Under the pieces are notes generated by a model, which was not told the origin of the DNA, searched no databases, and worked only from the letters and a program-made list of their open reading frames with translations. A stretch of DNA of 64,000 nucleotides, from assembly GCA_964188305.1 (NCBI GenBank), contig OZ076893.1; one strand, written 5' to 3'. Source of the stretch: Podarcis bocagei (lineage: Eukaryota). Position 1 is the first letter of the stretch. Every line of letters starts with the position of its first letter. This document shows positions 1 through 11,616 of the stretch, in pieces. The translations under genes and the position numbers were made by a program.

Positions 1-1841
1 AAGGTAGACCAGAGTTACCATTCTCATTTTGCACATACAGGGGTAAGACTGAGATTAGTGGCCATCCTTGTGAATTTGTACATTTCAGAGTGGGTAAGTG
101 AAAGGAAAACCTACACTGCCCAGAACGTTCATTTGAATTACAATGCCCACCCTCAATTTTTTCCCAGTTGTTCCAATTGCTCTTGGACTACACCTCCCAT
201 TATCCCTTACCACTGATCAGGCTGGTTGAGGCTGATGGGACTTACAGTCTAAGAACATCTAGAGGGTAACAGGTTCCCCATCCCATCTAGCACAAGGGAA
301 GTTTCAGCGAAACTTAATTCTCATATATGAAAATGTGCAATGCTACCATGCAACATTACCACTGTGTTCCAGCATTCTTCCTCCAACTGTGGCAAGTCAT
401 ATTTTAGGAATAAAGACTGCAGATACCATGCTGACTGTGCTGGAGTGTTAATGCGAAGGGGAAACACCACCTTTACATGCAGCCTGTGATCTTAAGCAAG
501 GACTCACTGATGAAAATCTTGCTGTGAAGCCTTGCCTTTTCAGAAGGCAGATGAAATAACAGTAACTATGAATCAAGACATCAGCACTGCCAGAACCACA
601 TGGATGTATGATAGCAAAATGGAATTCCTGTACAGAACACCTGGAATACATACACACACACACACACCTAAAATGTGAGTTCTCATTTAATGGTTCCAAT
701 TTATTCACAACTTTAAAATTGAGTCACTTGCTAAAAGCTAACATTTTCATCTCTACAATTTTAGATACTGAAATGATATATTCTGATAATTAAGAATAAA
801 ATTAAGACTATATTTTTTAAGCTAATGTGCATTTTCGAAAACGAAAATGCTCGGGTCAGTAAATTAAAAGCAATATCTCAAGAATTTGTGAGCAAAGCAG
901 TTGCCATCTGGGCTTGGGACTAGGCACTGAAAACTCTTGGGTCTGATTCCCATTTGAGTTTAGAGCGGGCAGAAAGTGATGTAATTTCTCTTACCATGAT
1001 TTCTGCTCATTTATTCCCCCGTGTAGATTTTAAGCTCACTCAGCCCCAAGCAATCAAGATTATTAAAAACATCATAAAACAAATGAAAGTTATTGTAAAG
1101 AAAGCCATACTGTAAAAATGCAAATTCTACCAAATTAAAAACCAGCTACTGTTTGCTTATCCACAGCAATAAGCAACTAATCCAAACAAAACTGCCTCCC
1201 AAGACTTCCAGAAAATGTTCAGGTTCAACTTTTGGCAGGTTTTTAGAGAAAGAGAGTTCTATTACTGTAGGGCCCGCAGTAGCCCTATTCATACAAGCAC
1301 TGGGAATCTGGAACCGCAGGAAAAGAGATTACAAACCCTGTGTATGGTGGCTTCCAACCCGTGTGAGTTGGACATGCATGTTTGCCACCATTCAAGGTTT
1401 GAATGCTGCCACAAATGCTCAAAATGCAACATTTATAGTGCTTTGTTGCAAACTGCGTCCTGTGTCTGGTAACAGGTGTGCACTGTCCAAATTTCAGTTC
1501 AAGGACACTAAGAAACAAAGTACATATTCTCTAGGAGATCTGTGATGACTGCATCTCCCGTTGTTTTCTGAAAAGCAGCTTTGGGGAGCAGACTGTTTCT
1601 TTGGAGCAGTGGTGCAGAAGGGTTAGTCTCCCAGTCAAGACCTCTGTTTGTCCCACGGGAAGGGAGACGCAGAGCAAATAGGGAGAAGGCACTTTTGATC
1701 AGGAAAGGAATGTGAGGGGAAAGGTTAAATGTTCCCTCTTCCACTACTGCTTCCAAAAAAATGGCAGCCTCCATAGACTGAACTTCACTAACAAATCAAA
1801 CATTAGTTTGCTTTGATATCCTTGTATCTGTCAATTCTCTT

Positions 1842-2137
1842 CTTGTTGTTGTTGTTTAGTCGTCTTAGTCATGTTCGACTCTTCGTGACCCCGTGAACCA
1901 GAGCATGCCTTGGAAACTCTCACTTTCTTCTCGAAGCTTCTCCTTTTTTATGTCCATGGAGTTTTCTTGGCAAAATACTGGAGTGGTTTGCCAGTTCCTT
2001 CTCCAGGTGGATCACATTTAGTCTAAACTTTCGGCTATGACGTGTCCATCTTGGGTGGCCCTGCACAGCATAGCTCATAGCTTCTCCGAGTTCTTCAAGC
2101 CCCTTCGCCACGGCAAGGCAGTGATCCATGAAGGGGG
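1842..2137 (-). mobile_element. BovB (RTE)-derived short retroelement
   Basis: Minus strand: BovB 5'-like CATGGATCACTGCCTTG...GGAGAAGGAACTGGCAAACCACTCCAGTATT joined to 3' tail GGGTCACGAAGAGTCG...ACTAAACAACAACAACAA; TSD TCAATTCTCTT at 1831-1841 and 2138-2148. Confidence 0.8.
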
Positions 2138-2765
2138 TCAATTCTCTTACTGCCTCCCTAACAGCATAAGAAGCTTGTTGCCACAGACCAAAGGTCCATC
2201 TACTTCTGCATCCTGTTTCCTCACAGTGCCCAACCAGATGCTCTAAGGAAGTCCACAGTAAGGAATGAAGGCAATAGGGTCCCCCTGAAAGTCACTGCAC
2301 ATGAAAAACTATCAAAAGAGTGAGGATTCATGTGCTGGAAGTATTTCGCATGAAGGGGCTTTCTGCTTATGTGAAGACACACCTGAATTCTGAAGTTTCA
2401 GAGTCCAATGAAGACTGCACCATGCTCTTTTCTTGAAGTTCAGATCAGCTTTGTGCTGATTAACTTTGAGGTTCTACTGCATAGCTAAGCCGCTTAGAGA
2501 TTTCTCACAATCAAGCAGTGTATATGAATTTTGTTAAAATAATAATAGGTAACAGAAATAAGATCACACTGGAAAATACGGTGGTTTCTGCTCTGTTTAC
2601 CCCCGCCCCTTCTGTCTGTCTGTCACACCATTAGGATGGGGAGGAGGGCAGGGTGAGCAAGTGAGAGGAATCGGTGGCTATAGCAGTAAGAAACCATTCA
2701 CACCACCACTAGTTGTCTTTTGCTGCTATCACTCTCTCTAGCCACCCAAAGACCATGTAAAGTTC

Positions 2766-2901
2766 CAGGCATCCCCAGACTTGGCCCTCCAGATGTTTTG
2801 GGACTACAACTCCCATCATCCCTAGCTAACAGGACCGGTGATCAGGGATGATGGGAATTGTAGTCTCAAAACATCTGGAGGGCCAAGTTTGCCTATGCCT
2901 G
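2766..2901. mobile_element. hAT-type palindromic MITE (136 bp)
   Basis: TIR CAGGCAT...ATGCCTG; near-palindromic body; close inverted match to the copy at 51425. Confidence 0.8.
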
Positions 2902-3199
2902 CACTACACCAGCCCAGATGAAAAAATGAGACGAAGAACAGCCCTACAGCCACAGCAACCTCCACTCCCTGGGTCACCTGCCTTCTCGCTCCAGGTCTCA
3001 AAATAATTGAGGATGGCTCTGCACTATCCAAAGACACAGTAGATGCTGCAGATATTGCAGAGCCCCCTTCCCTCATTCATCGTCCTCTTGTCTGTCCTGT
3101 GCGAGGTGAGGGGCTCATGTAGCTGGCTGGAGTGTTTGCAGGTCGCTTTGGATTGCCATGGGCGACATAAAGACAGTGACAAATAAACAACTGCGTTCA

Positions 3200-3352
3200 G
3201 GACAGCTCAGTTGGACAGCTCAGTCGCGTGGTGCTGACAATGCCAAGGTTGCAGGTTTGTTCCCTGCAGGGGCAGCTGCATATTCCTACATTGCAGGGGG
3301 TTGGACTAGATGATCCTCAGGGTCCCTCTTAACTCTACAATTCTATGATTCT
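3200..3352 (+). mobile_element. tRNA-head SINE with CR1-type 3' tail
   Basis: A-box-like AGCTCAGTTGG, B-box-like GGTTTGTTCCC, tail GGGTTGGACTAGATGATCCTCAGGGTCC...ATTCTATGATTCT. Confidence 0.75.
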
Positions 3353-3717
3353 GTGACTAAGGAATGAGAGCTCACTGAGGTCTGTGGTACGCCAGGCGCT
3401 GTTGGGACTACAGCTCCCATCATTCCTCACATCTCGCCACCTTATCCGGGGCTGATGGGAGTTGGAGTCCAGCATCATCTTGGAAATGCTCTCCCCACAC
3501 CCCCTGCTCTAAAAGTACTGCCCGGAAAGGGCTCCCTTTTAAAATAACGGCGGTCATTTCCCCCCGAACTGACTCTGAAGGGAAGAGACGCGAGCCCTGC
3601 CCTGCCGAGGAGCGAAAGGGAGGCGAGCTCCTTACGCCGCCTCGCTCCCCTCAGGCCGGCTTTTTCGGGTGGGCGAGGCTAGGCCGCGCAGCCGGCTGGC
3701 TGGGTGGGCGGTCCTCG

Positions 3718-3731
3718 GTTTCCAAGGGAAC
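3718..3731 (+). promoter_or_regulatory. RFX X-box-like motif in CIBAR1 promoter
   Basis: GTTTCCAAGGGAAC ~95 bp upstream of the ATG of a ciliary gene. Confidence 0.6.
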
Positions 3732-3824
3732 CGGCTGGAAGCCGCGAGCGAGCGCGCGCGCCCGGGGCTCCTTCCGCTAACTGCCGCTGTTGTCGTCGCT
3801 GCGGCTTCTGCCGCTGCCGCCGCC

Positions 3825-3856
3825 ATGTTGATGCTGGGCCGCGGGCTGGACGCCAG
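3825..3856 (+). CDS. CIBAR1: CIBAR1 coding exon 1 (MLMLGRGLDAR)
   Basis: Kozak GCCGCCGCCATG in a CpG island; donor AG|gtaacg; phase 2 fits exon 2. Confidence 0.88.
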
Positions 3857-6800
3857 GTAACGGCTCTGCGGAGAGGCAGAGGGACAAGCTCCCCTCCGCC
3901 TTGGCTGCTGGCCGCAAAGCGAGGGATCTTCGCCGACCGGGGTCGGGGGGAGGCACGGCGAACAAGGATGCTCGCCTTGGGGTGGACGGGGGGACGCGCG
4001 ATGGCCGCGCCCTCCTCCTAATTGGGGGTTTCGGGGAGGGGGTAGGTTTGACTGACTCGGGGATCCCCCCACCACACCCATACAATGGGTCCCCGGGTTT
4101 GTGTCCTAACAAGCAAGTAGTCCAGCCCCTTCTCTTCATCGCCTAGTGTGGCTCGGCCGCGGGGGGGGGAGGCACTCTGCACGCGCTCAGGAACCCTACG
4201 CGTATTTGCTGAAATCCTTCGGGGCGCGTATTTGGGAGGTCCCGCTGAACCTAAGGGGCCGAGGAGCTAGATTCAAAGCTCCGCAGCAAGTTCTCCTTGC
4301 GCAAATCCGAGCGCAATGGAAAGCTTGGAGGAGAAACGAAGCCCGGCCCCAGTCTCAGGCGCCCCGTCGCTAAAAGCACCCACCCCAACTTCGCTGTCGT
4401 TGCGCCTGCTTCGAAATCGCCCTCGGGCGATGTAATGAATGACTCATTCTTTTCTCCATTCCCCACACACTTTCTAGATACTATGGAATATGTGGTCCTT
4501 CTGGGTTTTAGAAAACGAGCTAAACTATTTTTGCAATGCAGCTCGAATATGTATTTGAAAGGTTTGTGCCCATAGCCAAGGTGGCGCAGGGAGGCAGCTC
4601 CCCCTCCCCATCAAGTAGAACAATAGATATACTGTACTTTGCTAATTTGGTTCTGCCCCCCTCCCCAAATCCTGGCTACGCCCATGGAAAGGTTTTTAAC
4701 CCATCTTTCAGGGCACACAGCCCTCATGTGGTACCTCCTGAAAATACATTTGCAAAGTACACATGCACACCAGCAGCAGCATGGTTTAGCAAATGCAGAC
4801 TTGAATAAATTTGTTTTCATATATTAATAGCCAGCATTGAAAAGGGCATACACCACTTGGTGGAATGCGGGGAGGCTGTTCCAAAGGTGTGGGGCCACAG
4901 CTGCGAAAACTGCCCCTAGTATTCACCAGTGTAACAGCTCTTGCTGGCATTCAGGTTTTTGAACCCTGTAATACTTGGGCATGTTCATACAGGTAACTGA
5001 AGACTTGCTCTGAATCATCACTGAACTCCCAGGGACGTTTTTATTACTTCCAGCAGATAATCAGATGTGGCATTTGGGGAATCCCAGGAGCTGGGAACCT
5101 TGGAACACCTATATTCCTATATGCTGTTCAAACTTGATGGAGGGGGCAATATACTTGAGAAAACTATAGAAGATTAACAGCAGCAATAGCTCAGTTATGA
5201 GCCCCACGTTGGGGAAAAAGATACCTTCATTGCAGGGGGTTGAACTAGATGACCCTTATGGTCACTTCCAACTCTAGAATTCTATGAATCAATGACATTC
5301 ACCCTAAACACTTACCAATAGAGAGGGTTGTTTTTTCTTCTCTTCAAATGAACTCAGATCAAAATAATTGTTGTAGTATTACCAGAGTTGTTTAGGCTGT
5401 TGTCAATGTTGCCAGACCATAATGCTTTAACTTCTTTGTCTAGGGACAACCAAACTCGTCAAGTACGAGAATCTGTGTCAAAAGTGGAAAAACACTTTGG
5501 TGAATTGTGCCAAATATTTGCAGCATATGTACGAAAAACTGCCAGACTGCGAGACAAAGCAGATCTTCTAGTAAATGAGATTCATGCTTATGCAGCTACA
5601 GAAACACCAAGTTTAAGGAATGGATTGAAAAACTTTGCAAATGAGTTTTCCAAACTTCAAGATTATCGCCACGCAGAGGTATACAATGCACTTCATGGTG
5701 GAAAGTTTGTATTTTAAATTATAAGCCATTACTTTTATTTGCACTTATGACTTTATGCACTTAAGAATAAGAGGTTGGATCCAGAGTATGTTAGTTGTGC
5801 TAAGGTCCTATGAGACAAGTTAGTCTGAACTTTTTCACATTGATTTCAGGGGGATTCAAGTGCATCTTTTCTTGCTCTGATGCAGCCCAAGGAAACCACT
5901 GAATCCACTGATCAGCTAACAATATAAATACTGGGGAATTAGCAGCACCACTACCCCTTGCAAATGACCGTGGCCATTTTTGAAACTGTAGCTGCAGTGT
6001 ACTCATGACCACCTTGAATCTGTTTTCATGAATTGTGGTATATAAGTATTTTAAATAAAATAAACTCCTGCCATGATGGTAAGAAACTTTTGAAAAAAAG
6101 GGCAGTCAGGTGTAGGCTCAAAAACAGGTTCTGCGTACTAAACTGATACTGCTCCTCTTTTTCCTGTTGCCACTTCCTCCCCCAGTTACAACACTGCTCT
6201 TCCATCTTGCCATTTTAAAATGATTATTCTGTGCTTATGTGCTCTTTTCTGAACTGTGACCTGCGTTCAACACTGTTGAGATGAGTGCACACCCTGCACA
6301 TTTCCCCCTTAAAGAATGATACAGTTGCTAGTTGGGTTCTTAGGCTTGGAAAGGCAAAGACAGGTTGCAAAGCTGCTATGACTTGGAAATGTTTCCAGTA
6401 ATCAAAATAATAAATGTTAGTATCTTGTCTAGATCTAATGCTACTCTCATGACAGCCGTTTCTTCCTGTTTTATTTTTGATCATCGTAATTTATAAGGTG
6501 CTTAAAATACTCCTAAGCAAAAGAGCAAAAAAAAGCACCTGCCTTATTGGCTTCAAATCTAATAAACACAAAAAGAAGAGGCGAGCGTTCAGATAGCAGG
6601 TGTCACATCATGATTTCACTTAATAGCCACTGTGGTACAAGATCCAAATTGCAGCTAGTCTATGAAGGTGCATGGAGACATCCTTGCTGTCTTGCATTTC
6701 TCAAAATGGTCATGTTTTATAGGTACACAAATTGCCATGCCATTTTCTGCTTTTCCCCCTCGTATCATCCAGCAAATTTTTCCTTGCAGAAATACCCCGT

Positions 6801-9134
6801 TTGAAAAAAAACTCATTTAGAAACTTTAATCAAATTGAATAACTAAATCTTCAGATGATGAGGGCAAATTTTACCAGATGGTACTGAAAGTTAATGACAC
6901 ATTTATTTACCTGTGTTTACTTTGGTCCTGCTTTATTACTGTAAATGGGAATGAGGGGGACAGTATTAAATGTTTTCTTTCCTACTATGCTTATTTTCTT
7001 CAATATTTCGAAAAGACAACTGTAAGTGTTTTGAGAGATGTCATTTGTATTTCAATTTATTCTTTCAGCTAAAAGGCATATAATTAATCAACTGTATTTT
7101 AAAGTAAAAATGCAGGTGTAATTTGTGAGATACTAAAACCAAAACTGAATTTTCTTACTGCCAAACTGTAGTATGTTTTCCCTCTTCCTTAGTTGTGTGT
7201 TTGAATTTTCTCAAAACCAGTTTTAAGACTGATTGCCAAAATTTAAAGTTAAAATAATACTTCATTGCTCCTCTTTACAGGTAGAAAGACTTGAAGCAAA
7301 AGTTGTTGAACCTCTGAAATGTTATGGGACCATCATAAAACTTAAGAGAGTAGGTGATGGATTTTGTTTTCCATTGCATGTTTATTTTCTTTTCGAGGAA
7401 GGTAAATAACTAAGCAAGTTCAACTGATGCGTCTGATCTCATAAATTAGTATTTCAGTAATCAATTGTTGGTAAATTCAGCAACAAAATGTCATATCAAT
7501 AATTAAACTTTACATACCTGAACATAACACTAAAACCTAAGGTCATCCAATGAAGCAGAGTTAGACAGCTTCATGGAGGATATGGTTGTCAGTGGCTATG
7601 CTACCCGAATGATCAAAGTATGCCTCTTAATATTGATTAGAAACCACAGCAGGAAAAGGCTGTTCTGTTGACATCGTGTCATGCTTTTAGGACAGCACAA
7701 GAATGATGTGAATCAGTTAGTAATCTAGCAACCACATTCTGAACTAATGCAGTTTCAGAATCCTATTCAAAATGCAGCACCAGAGGCAGCTCTTGCGCTT
7801 ATGAGACTGAAATTCAGAATACACACAGGTCCCGCTATCTGCATGCTCTTTATACCAAAATTCACTTATTCACACTTAAAGAAATATGCCCAAACCTTGC
7901 TATATGCTTGGCAGATTCACGTATCTGAACAGCAGCTTACTTCCTTGTATTTGGGGGTTTGCTACTCAGCAGTTCCCATTTTCTGGCAGAAACCATGGAG
8001 AGAGGGGGGGGAATGAGATCAGACGAATCAAAGAGCAAGAAAAAGCAGATAAATTAGGGAGCAAGAGAGATCATACAAATCAGTTTTTTGCTTTGTATCT
8101 CTTTTTCTAATTCACTGCAGCAATTTCAGGAAGAAACCATGGAGACATGGGAAAGAGCATACAAATCCCTCATTAGAAGTGTATCCATGGGAAATATTGA
8201 AAAGCTATAGGCCTGGAAGTGGGAAATTACCACCGATTTAGGATTGCCTCCCATGCATTTAAGATGATATTTTATGGAAAGATAGTGCAAATATTGCCAT
8301 TAAGAATGGGGGGAAATGGGAGTTCTGTTTTCAATCTTTCGTTGCCAGTTATAAGAAGAAGCAAGTTTTTTTTCCTTGTTTTCTTTTACTTTATTATCTT
8401 TTATTTGGCAGTTGCATATATTCTGTGTATATTGAACTTTGTCATGTGATATCTGATTAAGTTTGTCTTGTATTAATCCTAGTATTATATGGATACCCAC
8501 AGCATTTCTTGAAGATTAGAAAACCTTTTCTTTAGAAAATCCCATCTCTGATTATTTTTATTATATATTCATTTGTATCCTGCTTTACTACCCAACAGGG
8601 GCACAAGACGGCTTATAGATAAAATAGGAATTTCTAAGGACAGAAAAAAATCATTTAAAAAACCAACATTAATAGAATCAAAACTATATATGTAATCTAG
8701 TAGCATACAGATAATTTCAATAAAAGCACAGCACCAGTCCTGTCATTAAAAGCAGTTTCCAGTTCATAATCCTGTCTCGATTAGTAGTCTTAACTTCCAA
8801 GACCTGGTATTGCACAAAATGAATAGCTAGTGTGGTAAAACTGCTTTGACTTGAAGGCTAGTTATAAGGAACTCAAACAGAAATCTTTTCTGTAAAATCT
8901 TTAGACTTTGAGTGTGTCCCTGTATATGATTTCAGGAGGATCTCAAAGCAACTTTATCAGCAAAGAATCGAGAAGCAAAACAGCTCTCTCAGCTTGAAAA
9001 GACGCGTCAACGAAATCCATCAGACCGCCACATTATTGTATCCTTTGCAAACAAGTGTTCAGCAGCTTTCAAATATGCGCTTTACTAGATGACTGTTGCA
9101 AAATTTATGTGAGAGATATGCCTCTTCCACCTAG

Positions 9135-9189
<55 letters not shown>

Positions 9190-11580
9190 TTTATTTATAT
9201 GTATGTCCCTAAAGCAGTGGTTTTCAACCAGTGTGCCTTGAATGATGGTCAGGGGTGCGGCAGGCAACGCCGGCCTCTGTCCCTCTTTCCTTCCCTCCTC
9301 CTCCTGATCCCCTCTCACATCTCTGCTTCCTAAAGGCTTGCACAGCTGTTTGTTGCAGTGGCCCTGGCTACAAGCTCCCCAAGCGAATAGTGTCTCTGGG
9401 GCTGGCCAGGGATGCTGGTTGCCAGGAGCTAAGGCAGCCTTGGAGTAAGCAAGGGAGCTGAGCCAGCCAGTCCATCAGTCCTTGCTGTTGGGAGTGGGCA
9501 GACAAGTGGAAGACTGGGCAGGCTGGCACTGGCCTTGTGCTTGCTGTGTGCATGGCCTGCCTGGGAGCTGAGTGACTGGTGCTGAAGGGGAGCCCTTCTG
9601 CCATGCAGGCCCAGCAGCGTCCACTGCTGCGTCCTAAGGTAAGGTGCTGGCCTCATGTTCACCTTTGACCAGTCTCCATTGGGCCACTAAGACTGGGGAC
9701 ATCCTTTTCCCAGCCCCTGTGAGGCAGTGTGAGGAGGCAGCTGTCTTTGGGGCAGGGGAGTGCAGTTTAGAGACCAGGGGTGGCAACACTGACTGCCTGG
9801 AGGGCTTCCAGTAAGAGGGGAGAGGAGGCCGAGGGAACACCCCGCAAGGGAGGGTGTTTGAAAAGGGGTGAGAGGCTGCCAGCTCTGCAGGCAAGGGGTG
9901 ACATAACTGGACTCCTGGGCTCCACAGGGGAGCTGCAGAAAGAATGTAGTTGGTCAAGGGAGCCGTGGACTCAAAAAGGTTGCAAACCTCTGCCCTAAAG
10001 TATTCTGGCTGATTAATAGCAACATCAGCAGATAACATTATTAAAAAGGAGTTGTCTACCAATGAAGCTCCTGAGAGGAAAATAATCTTCTTTCTTAGCT
10101 CCCTGTTTTGTTATAGGTTCTAGATTTTCTTTTTTAAAATCCATCATAAATTCATTTCAATACCTAAGAGACACTGGGAGCCAACTGAGTTATTTGTATA
10201 TAGATACGCTTTTATGTCTGTAGAATACCAGTGTGTTAGCACTTTCCATAACTTAAAATATTTCATTTACTGCAAACTTCAGTCACAGGTAGGTCTTCTT
10301 TTTTGGATGAAATATCAGATTAAATTCTACTATTGTTAATTATGTTTCATCAGTTATTTGTATATCAGCATCCCAGCTGTACAAGCTACTGTATCTTTTT
10401 TACAATCATTATGGTGAAGCCAATAAACACCAGATGTCATCAGCTGCTCCAAGGCTCTGAGTTTGACAAATCATGTTTTTTTCTGGTAAAACAGCAGCTT
10501 GGAAAAGTAGATGAAGTAGTATAATGTAATGTTTATTACATTATTCTATTGCTTAATAAAATACATGCATGTGGTGGTCAGCTTGTTTTGGCTTCAAAAA
10601 AATTCTTAGAGAAAGGCAAAAATGCTAGAAATTCAATTATAAGAGACTTTAACTTCCTTTCTGGTGCAGGAGACAGTAGTGTAGCAAAGGTCTTTGAGAT
10701 AGTACCAGGGTAAAGTGCCCTGAAATTCAGCTCTGACTTGGTTAGGTGCTTTTTAAAATTGTTCATTCACTCAACAGAAACCTTTACCATTACTTTGATC
10801 ACTACAGCATTTTCCACACTATTGCCTTACATAGTGGGCAGACTTCAGTTGGTGTTATTTCACTCATGAAAGGCATCCATCAGAAGAGGAGGAAATCGAT
10901 TTCTGGAGATTCCTCCTCTCTCTTTTGTCCCACAAAATCTCCTTCAGACTCCAAGCCTCTGGAGATTTGCAGGGGCTGTAAAGAGAAATTATTTCAAACT
11001 GCTTAACTGTTCCAATTGTTGGATGCCTTCCATCAGCACAGTAACCCCAAATTGTATTCCATCCAGAGTTTATGATCATCTTAAAGCAATTTAAAAAAAT
11101 AATAATCCTTTATTGGTATTAGCAGCATTTTTGCATGTGAGCCATAAGACCAGTTATTTTCCAAACCATGGAAATGGTAGCTGTGATGCAGTGTAACGCA
11201 TTATCTGCTTTGGAGGTCTGAAGTGGCAGTTACTGACCAATAAAGAGATCTTCGATAACTCAGAACTGTGAAAAGGGTGAGTTTCCTGTTAGGGATCATT
11301 AGGAAAGGGTTTGAAAATAAAACTGCTAATATCAGAATGACATTAAACAAATATATGGTGCAACTGCACTTGGGGATAATGTATACAGTTCTGATCACCT
11401 CCTCTCAATTAGGGTATTTTAGAGCCTTAAAAGTTCAGAAAAGCTAAGCCAAATAGTCATTGGGCTGAAATAACTCCCTGAGGAAAGGTTGCAAATGTGC
11501 GTCTTTAGAATGAAGAAAATTAAGGCAGTGAATTGGCATGGCCAATGTCTATACAGTCATGCATGAGGTATATAAATAGA

Positions 11581-11616
<36 letters not shown>

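Larger units (their letters stand above)
508..3080 (-). pseudogene. Possible decayed multi-exon gene (Cys-rich TNFR-like ectodomain plus TM exon), divergent from CIBAR1
   Basis: Exon-like blocks 3080-2978 (ATG...CAG|gtgacc), ~1780-1160 (Cys-rich fragments in shifting frames) and 640-508 (ttccag|...|gtgagt, hydrophobic segment with 2 stops). Recognised by eye only. Confidence 0.3.
3560..4430. promoter_or_regulatory. CpG island / CIBAR1 promoter
   Basis: GC- and CpG-rich stretch spanning exon 1, against an AT-rich CpG-depleted background. Confidence 0.85.
9038..10282 (+). other. U12-type (minor spliceosome) GT-AG intron
   Basis: 5' splice site GTATCCTTT matches the U12 consensus; branch-point-like TTCCATAAC (consensus TTCCTTAAC) at 10244-10252; ends at AG 10281-10282. 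Confidence 0.85.

Noticed and set aside
1153-1545. Plus-strand 130-aa and 85-aa Cys/His-rich ORFs as a small gene
   Set aside because: No promoter, splice or domain support on the plus strand; any residual signal fits the minus strand better.
3632-4575. Multiple overlapping ORFs in the CIBAR1 CpG island
   Set aside because: Stop-poor GC-rich sequence with no recognisable domains; only 3825-3856 is supported as coding.
9055-9333. Poly-Ile / poly-Tyr ORFs
   Set aside because: Translations of the (AAT)n microsatellite.
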